This document shows positions 40,869 to 51,835 of a stretch of 64,000 nucleotides of DNA, piece after piece. The notes beneath the pieces are model-generated. The model was not told the DNA's origin. It did not search any database and was given only the letters and a program-made list of their open reading frames with translations. How positions within the stretch are numbered: position 1 is the first letter of the stretch; each line of letters begins with the position of its first letter. The position numbers were made by a program, and so were the translations under genes. Origin of the DNA: Camelus ferus (taxonomy: Eukaryota); NCBI RefSeq assembly GCF_009834535.1, contig NC_045708.1, positions 18,972,001-19,036,000 of the forward strand, in the 5' to 3' direction.

Positions 40869-40876
40869 TGACGTCA
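40869..40876. promoter_or_regulatory. GPR3: Distal full CRE TGACGTCA upstream of GPR3
   Basis: Exact palindrome about 0.9 kb upstream of exon 1. Confidence 0.65.
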
Positions 40877-41679
40877 CTCAGCTCCTTATGCCAGCCCCAG
40901 CATCACGAGGACCTGCCCTGGCAGCAACTTACCTGCCTGGTCACTGTCAGTCCAGACCCTCTCCCCTGTCCCAATCACCCTGGGGCCCACTCTCCACAGT
41001 CGCTTTATATCTTCATTCAAGGACCCTGCAACCCTTATCACAGCCTTGTCACTTCAGTACGTCAGCACTTGTGACAGGGTCACGGTGACCTGAAGTCCTA
41101 TCACCTGGACACACAGTCTTCCCTTTCCCTTGCCACTGTCTCTGCCATCCTGGGACCCCTGAATCCCATCATGCCACACAGTCACCCTGACGCTGCTTCC
41201 CTCTCTACCTCCGCGTCCCACAGCCACCATCCCCCAAGATCCTGTCATCATGCTCATACTGTCACGGCCACCCACCTCCCTGCTCCTTCGTGCTCCTGTC
41301 ACCGTCACCTCAGGGCCCCATTATCTTAGCAACCCCCGTCATCTTCACCGGGGGCGCTCATTCAGCCCCATCACTTTGTCTCCGTCACTTGAATTCCGTC
41401 AGCTTGTGTCTGCCACCCAAGGGTCCCAGCACCCCACAGCCTATTCAGGTCCCCTTTCTGCTCCCCACATACATCCCCTTCAGCCTCCCTAGGACTTCTC
41501 CAAGCCTCTCGCACCAGAGCCCCCGAAACCCCTGGCCGGTAGAGGGCGCCGCGTCAAGGACAGCGAGTACCGACTCAGGAGGGGGCGGGGCCGCAGCCAC
41601 GGTTGCTTTTTATGAATGGGGGAGCGGGCGGCACGAGGCCTCATTACTATGCCGAGAGGAGCGCGCTGCGCCCCAGCGC

Positions 41680-41760
41680 GACGCGCCCATTGGCCAGCCG
41701 GGCCGCTGACGTCACTGAACCGGTGGCCGGGGGCGGGGCGGGGCGGGGTGACTCACGCCG
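41680..41760 (+). promoter_or_regulatory. GPR3: GPR3 core promoter: inverted CCAAT (41689-41693), full CRE TGACGTCA (41707-41714), tandem GC boxes (about 41729-41748), AP-1 TGACTCA (41749-41755)
   Basis: Exact motif matches within a CpG island, upstream of the first-exon donor. Confidence 0.75.
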
Positions 41761-41862
41761 CTTCTCCCGCGGCCGCGGGGGCTTCTCGGGGTCCCCACAT
41801 ACCCTGTGCAGCCCGAACCCAAGCGGAGCCTCCCCTGGCCCTGCCGCGCCCGGTCCCGAGAG
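41760..41862 (+). other. GPR3: GPR3 non-coding first exon (5' boundary approximate)
   Basis: Consensus donor GAG|GTGAGT at 41862/41863 inside the CpG island, just downstream of CRE, GC-box and AP-1 motifs; pairs with the acceptor at 42895. Confidence 0.7.
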
Positions 41863-42899
41863 GTGAGTAGCGGGCCCCGCAGAGGGCACCTGGCGTCCGG
41901 GAGAGCACGTAGGATGCTGGGGCGCTGGGCCAGCGGTAAGGCTCCCAGTGGGTGGCTGGGGTCGGAGGTCGAGACCTGGAAGCCAGATTCTGGGCTAGCA
42001 AGAGGGGACTCAGTGTCTGCGTGCTGAGAGCCCTCAGTTGGGTGACCTGGCTCGGGGGTGAGCACTCCTGCAGGGACTTGAGGCCCTGTAGGAACCAACG
42101 GTCATCTGAGGTTGGGCCGGCAGGAGGCGTCTGGGAAAGAACCCAGGCGTCCGAGCAGGAAGAGTGTCTGACCTAGGGATCCAGACATCCGAGCAGGAGG
42201 CGGAGTCAGGCCCAAGATCCAGGTGTCCGAGAAGAGGTCTGACTCAGGGATCCAGGCTTCCAGCAGGGGGTGTATGTTCCAAAGACCCAGAGGTTCAGGC
42301 AGAAAGAGTGGTCTGGCTAGGGACAGAAGTCTAGGCGGATGTGTGTTAGGGGGGCTGAGTTCCAAAGTGTTGCTACCCTAGGAGGGCAATGCGGGGGCTG
42401 GCGGTAGCTTCATGAGCATTCTCTTGGGGTGGAGTCTGGGGATGGCAGCACTGAGAATCGTGAGGGGTCTGGTGAGCCTCAGAAACTGAGCATCATCCTC
42501 CCTGGTGGGGAGGGAGCAGAGCTGCCCTCAGTCTTAAGATGTTTCCCTCCCCAAGTCCTTGGCCTTTCCAGGCGTCTCCTGGATCCTATGGGCCTCCATC
42601 CACTTATGGTAGTCCTTCATCTTGTTCTCCTCTGGTCACACATGTGGGAGAAAGAGGCCTGTAGGACTCAGGGAGTTGGAAGGGAGGATGAAGACGACCA
42701 GGACAGTGATCCCCAGGAAAAGAGACCCCTGTTGGCCTGGGGGCATGAGAAAGGGAGAGTAAACGTATCCTGGAAGGAGGTCCAGGGCACGAGTCAGGGA
42801 ACAAGGCATTGGGACCCAGCCAAATATCCTGTCAGCAGACCCCTTCACCCAGCACCCAGGCCTGCCAGCTTCTCATAGGGCCTTTCTCCTGCAGGTACC

Positions 42900-43892
42900 A
42901 TGATGCGGGGTGCAGGCAGCCCCCTGGCCTGGCTCTCTGCTGGCCCAGGCAACATGAACATGAGCAGCGTGGGCTCAACAGAGAGGCCCACAGACCCAGA
43001 TGCACCACTGCCCTCACCTAGCGCCTGGGATGTAGTGCTGTGCATCTCGGGTACCCTTGTGTCCTGTGAGAACGCACTGGTGGTGGCCATCATTGTGGGC
43101 ACTCCTGCCTTCCGTGCCCCCATGTTCCTACTAGTCGGCAGCCTGGCCGTGGCAGACCTGCTGGCAGGATTGGGCCTGGTCATGCACTTTGCTGCTGTCT
43201 TCTGCATTGGCTCAGTGGAGATGAAGCTGGTGCTGGTTGGCGTGCTGGCGATGGCCTTTACTGCCAGCGTAGGCAGCCTACTGGCCATCACTGTCGATCG
43301 CTATCTTTCTCTGTACAATGCCCTCACCTACTACTCAGAGACAACAGTGATGCGGACCTATGTGATGCTGGCCCTGGTGTGGGGGGGCGCGCTGGGCCTG
43401 GGGCTGCTGCCTGCGCTGGCCTGGAACTGCCTGGATGCCCAGACCACGTGTGGCATTGTATATCCACTCTCCAAGAACCATCTGGTGGTCCTGGCCGTTG
43501 CCTTCTTCATGGTGTTTGGCATCATGCTGCAGCTCTATGCCCAGATCTGTCGCATCGTATGCCGCCACGCCCAGCAAATTGCCCTCCAGCGGCACCTGCT
43601 GCCTGCTTCCCACTACGTGGCCACCCGAAAGGGCATCGCCACCCTGGCCGTGGTGCTTGGGGCCTTTGCCGCCTGCTGGCTGCCCTTCACTGTCTACTGC
43701 CTGTTGGGCGATGCCCACTCCCCGCTCCTCTACACCTATGTCACCCTGCTCCCTGCCACCTACAACTCCATGATCAACCCCATCATCTACGCCTTCCGCA
43801 ACCAGGATGTGCAGAAGGTGTTGTGGGCTGTCTGCTGCTGCTGTTCTTCTTCCAAGATCTCATTCCGATCCCGTTCCCCTAGTGATGTCTAG
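42900..43892 (+). CDS. GPR3: G protein-coupled receptor 3 (constitutively active Gs-coupled class A GPCR), 330 aa, single coding exon
   Basis: Intact ORF with 7 hydrophobic segments, GTLVSCENALVV, LAVADLL, DRY, CWLP and NPIIY; ends FRSRSPSDV*. Splice acceptor cag|gtaccATG at 42894/42895. Confidence 0.98.
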   Translation: MMRGAGSPLAWLSAGPGNMNMSSVGSTERPTDPDAPLPSPSAWDVVLCISGTLVSCENALVVAIIVGTPAFRAPMFLLVGSLAVADLLAGLGLVMHFAAVFCIGSVEMKLVLVGVLAMAFTASVGSLLAITVDRYLSLYNALTYYSETTVMRTYVMLALVWGGALGLGLLPALAWNCLDAQTTCGIVYPLSKNHLVVLAVAFFMVFGIMLQLYAQICRIVCRHAQQIALQRHLLPASHYVATRKGIATLAVVLGAFAACWLPFTVYCLLGDAHSPLLYTYVTLLPATYNSMINPIIYAFRNQDVQKVLWAVCCCCSSSKISFRSRSPSDV

Positions 43893-44330
43893 TCTCATCC
43901 TGTTGACCCTTCAGCCCTGATCACTACAGAATTCCAGAATGTTAGGTCCTCCAGGGCTTTGTCCCAACCCTCCCAGCTCCACACCCCCAAGATCCAGCTG
44001 GTTCTGGAGTTCTAGGACATTGGGTGTTTCACAGGATTCTGTTCAGATCCATACAGGGCCCAGCTGGCTCCATGGTTCCAGAATGTTCAGGTGGTCAGGG
44101 TTCCACTCAGAAATGTCCCACAGCCAAGCTAGCTTGGAGTTCCAGCATGCTGCTGGGTGTTCTACAGTGCCATTCCAAGTCCCTGATCTTCCTCCTCCCT
44201 TGACCTTGATCATGTCACTTTACCTTTGAGTTTCTGAGCTAAAGAGTCAGAGAGGTTAGTTACTCAGTAGCCTAGATAAGAGAAAGAAAGATTTACCTGT
44301 ATATATGAGCACATACAAAGAAGAATATCT

Positions 44331-44362
44331 ATTTACTATTTATTTATTTATGAATTTATTTA
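44331..44362 (+). promoter_or_regulatory. GPR3: AU-rich element (clustered, overlapping ATTTA) in the GPR3 3' UTR
   Basis: Six ATTTA pentamers in 32 nt (44331, 44338, 44342, 44346, 44354, 44358), including TTATTTATT nonamers. Confidence 0.7.
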
Positions 44363-44663
44363 TGGGTGTTAAGGGGAGAAAAGAGACCCACCCCTTGAAA
44401 TCCAGGCCATACCAGGGTACTCCTAGTCCCCAACACCCCCATTTCTGACCTCAGTTCCTAGAGGGGGGGAAGGGAGAGAGAGAAACCACGTATTTTGTTA
44501 TTATTTTTGCTTATTTTTTAATCAAAGAGATCATAGAAACCAGAGCCTTCTTCCCAGACCCGCCCCCCTCGGGTTTGCAGGGGGAACACACCAGCCTCTG
44601 GTTTTTTATTTTTTTAAGAAGCCATCACCTGAGAAACCGAGAATTCCTCTGCGCTGGGAGCCG

Positions 44664-44680
44664 GCTGCCCTCTGGTGGCC
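44664..44680 (-). promoter_or_regulatory. CTCF-binding motif GGCCACCAGAGGGCAGC in the GPR3 3' UTR
   Basis: Near-perfect match to the CCASYAGRKGGCRS core; binding is not shown. Confidence 0.65.
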
Positions 44681-44899
44681 GTTTTGGGGAAACTGCAGCC
44701 CGGCCAGGCAGCCGGGACCAGGCCAAGCAACCCCAGCTCCACTCCAGCCTGGCATCCAGCGCCACAGCCAGAGCTTGGGGGCCAGGCCCCACCCTGCGGT
44801 GCCCTAGAGGAGGCAGGGTGCAAGCCAACACCTGACTCCTCTGCCAACTGGGGTATGGCCCCCAGTGCACTCCCTATTTCTGTCCCTGACCCAATCCTC

Positions 44900-44905
44900 A
44901 ATAAA
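44900..44905 (+). terminator. GPR3: GPR3 polyadenylation signal AATAAA
   Basis: Canonical hexamer about 1 kb after the stop, followed by a T/GT-rich downstream element (ttttgtttgtgtgtgtg). Confidence 0.8.
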
Positions 44906-45269
44906 AAATGATTTTGTGATAAATACTTTTGTTTGTGTGTGTGGAGGGTGTGGAGTGGGGCCTGATGGAGGATAGCCTTGAATGGGAGGATTAGGCCAGG
45001 TCTGGGGGCCTCTGGGGTATCTGGGGAGCTGGAGAACCAGATGGAGTATGGCTGGCAGGAGTATGACACCTCCCACCCCAGGGTGCCAACCAGATGTGTC
45101 CCTCTGCTCAGACCTAGGCACCTCCAGGCAAGAACCCATCTCCTCCTGGGGACAGGAACCCCTGGTACTGGACCCTTCTTGGGTTGAGGATGCCCACATC
45201 CTGCCTACATTAACTGTAGTTTGGGGCTTTGGCATGAAGTATATACTCAAAGCATGTAGATGTTCCAGA

Positions 45270-45495
45270 CAACCCCTTCTAATCATGAGTCTTTACTGTA
45301 TGCTAGGTACTGTGCTAAGTGTACTATGTACATTACCTAATTTATGCCTAACAAGCATCCCATGTCACAGGTAATATCTTCTCCATTTTACAGATAAGGA
45401 ACCAGGCCGAAGGAGGTTCAGTGACTAGCTCAGGTGACTGGCTCATACAGCTAGGAAATGGTAGAGCCAGGATTCAAACCAGGAACCTGTGCACT
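45270..45495 (-). mobile_element. MIR SINE, near full length
   Basis: tactgtatgctaggtactgtgctaagt...ccattttacagataaggaacc...gtgactagctcaggtgac...aggattcaaaccagg. Confidence 0.7.
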
Positions 45496-47879
45496 GTACT
45501 GGCCAATGGTCCCTTCCCAAGCCTAGGGCTTAGGAAATTCTGGACCCAGATTTGTGTTGGGGTTCAATCTCAGAGCCAGTGGCCACATTTTGGGAGGTGG
45601 TTGATGGGGTCTGTATATTCAGGAGCTGGAAGAGATTTTTCTACGCAAAGGTGAATGATGGTAAGTGTGTGCATGTGCCCTTGTGTGCATTTGAAGACCT
45701 AAGTGTGCAGGACCCTGAATTTGGGTGTTTTGGAACCAGAACGTGTTCACCAGGCAAGGGCAGGAACACGTTTGGGGTGTGGCTGAAGAGGAAGCTCTGA
45801 CTAGCTAAACCCCCTCAGCCTCCCAGATGTGCAAAGCCTGGAGGCGAGGCCCTCAGAGCATCTCCATTGTACAGATGGGGAGACTGAGGCCTGACGAGGA
45901 ACAGCCACTTGCTCAAACTCAGATAGCTGTGCCAGTCTAAGACCCAGGTCTCTCCCCATTTCCCTGGCCAGAGATCTTTTTGGTGTTCAAGACTCCTCCC
46001 CAATAGTAGCCATGGGAGTCTAAGGGGAGTAAACATGCCAGCAGGGGCTGGGTCAGAGCCGGTGGAGGATGGGTCTGGGCTGAGCTCCAGTCTAGGCACA
46101 AAGTGGGGAAGCTCCACCTGGTCAGGTCAAGTTTTATCTTCTCTCCCCACCTTCCTGGAAGGTCCCTGGGAAAAGATCCCCTCTCAACAAGCGCCCCCTC
46201 AACCCGGCCACACTAAACATTTCACACAACATCACCGTGGCCCACTGGATGGTACTATTACTCTCCCCATTTTACAGAAGAGAAAGTTGAGGCTTTGAGA
46301 GTAATGGGCTTTCATTCATTCAATGCTTGTCCTTGTGGGCAGCATAAATTCTAGCCAGGGGAGGCAGTAATTAAGAGACAAGTTAAAATATGGTAATGTC
46401 AGAGAGTGATAAGTGTTCAGAGAAAAAGAGAAGGGGCACAGGAAATGCATGTAATCTTTAAGGAGGGTGTCCCAAAAAAGATCTTACTGAAGATGGCTTT
46501 TGATTTGCCTAAAGTCACACAGTAGGAGTTGAGCTGAGATTTGAACCCAGGTCCATTTTTCTCTAAATCTGTTTCTCTCCTAGGTGAGGGAATAGGTTTC
46601 AGAAGCAGCTCAGAAACAGCAAGCAAGGAAACCAGGGCAGGGAGGGGAAAAGTTGAGGGTCTCCAGGCTACCCCCAGACCTTTGAGAGGGCCAGTGTACG
46701 AAAGGGCCTCCTTGCTGCCTCCGCCACACTCCCAAGGAGCCCCCACCAAGGTCCAGAAGGAGATGGGACCAGGTGCCTATCCTACCCTGGGTGGACTTAG
46801 CCCTTTGCTTCCCCATCCTGGCTTGTGGCTCTAGGGCCCAGCAGAGCCTACTGCTTGCCAGCTTCGTGTCTGTGAGGGCCTATGGGGGACCGTCATGCTG
46901 TGAGTCCTTCTCTGTCTGGGTTTGGTTGTGTGGTGGATCTGAGGCATTTCTGGGAGCCTGCATCTATAGTCCCTGCCTTGGGTCCTGGGCCTACCCGAAG
47001 AGTGTCTGAATCTGCCCCTGGGTTGGAGCCCGTGTGTGTGGTGGGGCTAGCTGGCCTCTCCCTCCTCCCGGGATTCTGCAGGTACACCTGAGGTCCTCTG
47101 TATACCCCCACTTCAAGCCTCCTCCAGGAAGCCTCCTTGGCTAAGCCCTCCTGTGGCTGTGAAGATGTGGTTTGTACAACACACCTTGCTACAATTCTCC
47201 TTAGTAAATATTTATAAAGAAGTCTTGCCTTCCTTGTCAGAATGGGGGCCCATTAAGGCTATGTCCCCCTTCAAAATGAGAGTCCCTGAGAGAAGGGGCA
47301 TGTCTACCCCCTCAAACTAAAGCCTTCTATGTCTCTTTCAGACTCAGACTCATCTGGCACTCAGCCTGGGGCTGCTCAGCACTACACACCTGTGTGTGTG
47401 CATGCATGTGTGTGTGTCTGTATGTGTTTTGGGAGTAGGGTAGCCAAGCCTTCCAGCCTCTCTGCCTTTGCCTGTTGTCCAACTCCATGCCTGATCCCAC
47501 CCAGTTACAGAGGCTGGGGAGGGTGAACTGGGCAGTGGGGGCTCCCTGGCTTGAGGGAGGCAAGGGCTGGGGCCCAGAGCCCTGCCTTCCTGCTGGGGTA
47601 GGCCTTGGGGTGGGGGTGGGGGTGTGTCCCACCTCTCCTCCCCTTCTTCCCAGGTCCTGTGTGGGGGAGGGGGCAGCCCCCGCCAGGGCCATGACCAGCT
47701 CTCCCTGCAATAAGTGAGGAGACAGCAGCTATTAATATAAGATGAGTTCACGGGCTCACAGCTTCTGCAGGCTGGAAAACAGGCTCCCGGGGCTGGGGGC
47801 TGCGGCAAGTCTCGTCTGTCAGATTCTCTCCTGGAGCCTAGAGCCTAGAGCCCGCCAGCCCCACATCCCCCAGATCCCT

Positions 47880-49110
47880 ACATGCTGAGACCTGTGCGCA
47901 CACAGCTACGCGAACAAGGGCATGTGCACAGGGGCACATATGTCACTGGATGTTCAGAGAACATACACACATGCACACACATCCAGACACGCACATATAC
48001 CCAGATGTGTCTGCACACTGGTACACACAACTGGCCGCACAGATAAATCATAGCACACATGTGCACAGGCTATGTCAACTTAATGTGCACATGTTTGCAC
48101 ACAGAAGCACATGCTTAAATGTATGCACATGCCCTTGCACACACATATGTATACAAACTTACCCTGTATATACATGTGTGCACACAGTTCCAGACATGCT
48201 TGCATACCCAGACCCATCTGTACACCACTGCACACCATGTATCTACAGACACAAAACGGCACATGTGCATACACATGGTATCCATAATCATGTACACACA
48301 TCTGCATACAGAACCACAGTCAAGGACTTGAATGTCCTTCTGCGCAGTGTACACAGTCACACAGGCTCCTCACTGTCAGTGCTCAGCAATCATGAATTCA
48401 TAGACAGACCCTTGGTTTCCAGCACCATCCAGTGGGCTCAGGCTCCCCTCCCCCAGCCTCATGACAGGCAGCTCATGCTCCTGCCAACCCCAATGCCTGC
48501 CTTGGCTTCCCACCCCCCGGGGGTCCCCAGATCCCTGATTAACCCCTCGCTAATTGGCCACCAGCCCCTTGACTTTGCTGCAGGCCTTCTGCAGGCCTTC
48601 TCGGGAGCTGGGAGTGAGAGGCTGCAAATTGGCCAAGCAGGATGGGTCTGGGGAATAGAGTGCAAGGTGGGGTGGGGGTGCTGCGAGCCCTGTGCCTGAC
48701 TGGAGTCAGGAAGGGCACCCCTATTCCAGGGCTGGGGGAGGGCACTCCTAGGATTCGTGTGTACCCAGTCACTTGAAGCCTTCCATGCACGCAATTTTCC
48801 ACACACTCAACAGTTGTGTGTGTGGACATGTTCCACCCCACTTCTTCACACTAATGCATGTGGACATTTGCACACACTCAAGTACTGAATAAACCCAGTA
48901 TGCACACAAGCAAAATCTCACACATTCATAAATTCACCTACCTTATATGCAGAAACCATTTACATATGTACATTCAAACACACTTCACCTAAACATACAA
49001 ATGTAGTCACAAGTATACAGGCTTGCAAACACAAATTTACATGTCTATAAATGTATACCTAAGTAAACTTATAGGCATGCATGCACATACCACTCACATG
49101 TGTGTACCTA
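47880..49110. repeat. Long degenerate CA/CATG-rich low-complexity tract
   Basis: Repeated cacaca, catgtg and tacaca units; generates spurious His/Thr/Cys-rich ORFs. Confidence 0.65.
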
Positions 49111-51829
49111 CCTTGATGAACAAGATACCAAGTGGCCACAGAATAAGGAGAACCCCTCAATGGAGGGCCAGCCACTGGCTTTGCAGAGGAATAGGAAGCT
49201 TGAGGTTCCTACAGTCTACAGATGGGAGTGGGCAGTGGTGGAACTCACCCAGGTTCCAGGTTGCCTTTTCCCAGCCTCCATGCTAATGCCCAAGCCTGGG
49301 ACGTCTTCTGGGTTCTCCTCAGCCTTCAGGGCTCCTGGACAGAAGGGCAGAGGTTGTGGCTTTCACTTCTGTAGTTCCTGTTTCCTTGGCTCTGGGCCAG
49401 AGTGCACAGGGTGTTCTACTCTCTTGCAGGTGGCCTGGGGTATTGGAAAGAAGAGGGTTTCTATTTCCATGCTTGCTGCCAACTTGCTGTGTGACTCTGG
49501 GCAAGTTGTTGTGCCTCTCTGTGCTTGTGTTTCCTCAACTATAAAATAGGAATAAAAAGCTATGTGTTGGTAAACCTCCCAGGACTGACCTGAGGAGTCC
49601 ATGGGGGCATGTTTATGGATGTGCGTTACTTAGGCACATATGTCTGGGAGAGTTTAGTTCCCAAGATAGTGAATGAAACGCCAGAGTGGAGGGGCAGCAT
49701 ACATCATTCTGATCAAGTCCTCATTGAATAGGTGAGGAAGCTGAGGCCCACAGGGGAAAGAGCAAGGTAGGAACTAGAAGACCTGACTGTTGACTTAGCC
49801 AGGAAGTCTGCTTTAAATATGCATGCAGAGCATGAGCAGGTGTGTGCATATTCCCAAGATAAGGGAGGGGGTGGCTGCCTGCTGTGGTGGGAGGGAGTCT
49901 ATGCAGACTCCCGCCACCATGATATTGACAATTTTATCATGAGAGATTCTTTTGGGTGTGGAAGGCCTTTTTTTGTCCTCCAGTTTGTCCCCTACTAGCA
50001 CCATCATCTCCTGAGGCTAAGGCTGGCCTTAGGGAGCACCTGAAAATGCTCCTAGCCTCCTGTTTTAGGAGAGAACTAGCTGACAACTACCCTAGAGCAG
50101 AACTTACAGGAGATGGTGCCAGGTTGCCCTGGCCACTGGGCAGCCAGGAGAGGGCAGTGAGGAACTGGCAGAGGCAGCACAAAGGGAGGGGTGGGTCCTG
50201 AGGACTTTGTGTGAGGTTTGCTTGCACTTACGTGTGTTCCTGTAACTGCGTGCTGATCTGTGTCCTTGTTTGCACAAGGACAGGGCTCTGTGTGCATGTG
50301 TCCCTGGGCATGGTTCTCAAGCGTGCCTACTCACATGTGCAGGTGTCTCTGAGTGTGCACAAATGTGTGCACCTGAACAGGTGTGTGTGCACATATTGAG
50401 GGTGTGTCTGTTGGAAGCCCCAGCCCATACCTAGGGAATCCACTTTGTTCCAAGTAGTTGAGGGCACATGGTACTTCTAATTCTAAAGGATAGCTGGGCC
50501 CTCAGTCTAGCACTTGACTTCAAAGTAAGAGCAAAAATAACCATCACCTATCAAACTGGGCACCGGGGGGTGAGGTAGACCATAACAGAAAACCTTTAGC
50601 ACGCATCCTATGGCACTAAAGACTATGATTCCAGACGAAAATATTCTGAAAACTGTTTTAAGTTGCACAGTGGACAGAGCATGGGAGACCCATGTGTGAA
50701 CTGTGGCTCTTCTCTGGGCCAGCTATGTGATCTTAGGCAACTCACTTAACCTCTCTGAATCTGTTTTTCTTAAGTGTAAAATGGAAGACCCTTGACTCAT
50801 AAGGTTGAAATAAGCTGAAGTGCAGGGTCACAGCTCCCAAGTGGAGGAGCTGGAATTTAAGCCCAGACTTCTGGCTTCCCAGAACCACATTCCTTCCCTC
50901 CAATTCTCCAGCAAGGGCGGCTCCCGACACCACCATTTTGTCTTCTCCCAGGGCGGGCGTCTGGCTGCCTGTCAGTCACCGGCCTCGGGAAGCCAAGTGC
51001 TGACTAAACACAGGCCTGAGCAGGAGGGTGGAGAGAGGGGCTCCGCTGGGGCGAGCCGGCTCCCGCGCCCCCTCCCCTGCACCCCCACCTTCAGCGATGA
51101 GCTCAGAGTGGCTGGCGCAGCAGTTGCTGACAATTCAAAACTTCTGCCCCCTCTCCTGGGATGCCAGTGGGTGACTGAACAGCAGGCATGACCAGCCAAG
51201 TCACCAACCCTGTTCCTACCCCTCTCCTGGGGCCACTCCACTGTGTCTGCTGGCCCAGGAATTGGGTGTCTGCTCATAAATTACCCCCAGGGACAGTTAC
51301 CCGCAGCAGCTGCGCTCAGAACCGTTGCTTCCTGGGTAGGTCATTTTTTGGGGTCAGAATATAAACCCAGCCCCCTTGACTTCCCAGGCAGGAGAGGGGG
51401 TGTGGAGCAGCCTAAACCTTTTATCGGATTCCATTGTAAATCGTTCTATTTAAGGTAAGTTGCTTGGGTCTGAGAGGCAGACAAGATGCCGGCCAGATGT
51501 TGGGAGGCAGCATCAGCATTCAGCTTGTGCGTCTCTCCTGCCTGATGCAAGGAGTTGCCGGCAGCCCCTGCCAGCTGAGGGCCTCTAGGTCCCCCAGTTA
51601 AGGTTCCTCCTAAACCAGAAGGGTTTTGGCCTTTATCCCCCACCTCCTGCACGGGGTGCACAATCCAGACCCAGAGGCCTCCTGCCCTCCGAGCCCACCC
51701 ACACCACCCTCCCTCCGGAACTCTGGCCACCACCTGTGGCTATCAGTGTTGCCCCCTTCTATTTCTCCCATTAAACACATACAGACACACAGACACACAC
51801 ACCAGAGGTGGCTGAGTGGCTACAAAGAC

Positions 51830-51835
51830 TTTATC
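51830..51835 (-). terminator. WASF2: Probable WASF2 distal poly(A) signal, variant GATAAA, closing a ~4 kb 3' UTR
   Basis: tttatc on +, followed on the - strand by a long GT-rich tract (about 51770-51802) that resembles a downstream element. I saw no AATAAA nearby. Confidence 0.5.

Larger units (their letters stand above)
41500..42200. promoter_or_regulatory. GPR3: GPR3 promoter CpG island
   Basis: CpG-rich region containing the CRE, GC boxes and first-exon donor. Confidence 0.75.

Noticed and set aside
41556-41566. REST/RE1-like GGACAGCG half-site in the GPR3 promoter
   Set aside because: The left half (TTCAGCACC) is absent, so the match is too weak to call.
42845-43882. Several antisense and alternative-frame ORFs over GPR3, and likewise over WASF2 exon 56909-57423
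   Set aside because: Shadow ORFs from GC-rich codon usage in the real CDS; there is no independent support.
47950-48699. 249-aa His/Thr/Val-rich ORF, the longest unassigned ORF
   Set aside because: It arises from the degenerate CA/CATG low-complexity tract; overlapping ORFs appear in several frames and both strands, and no domain is recognisable.
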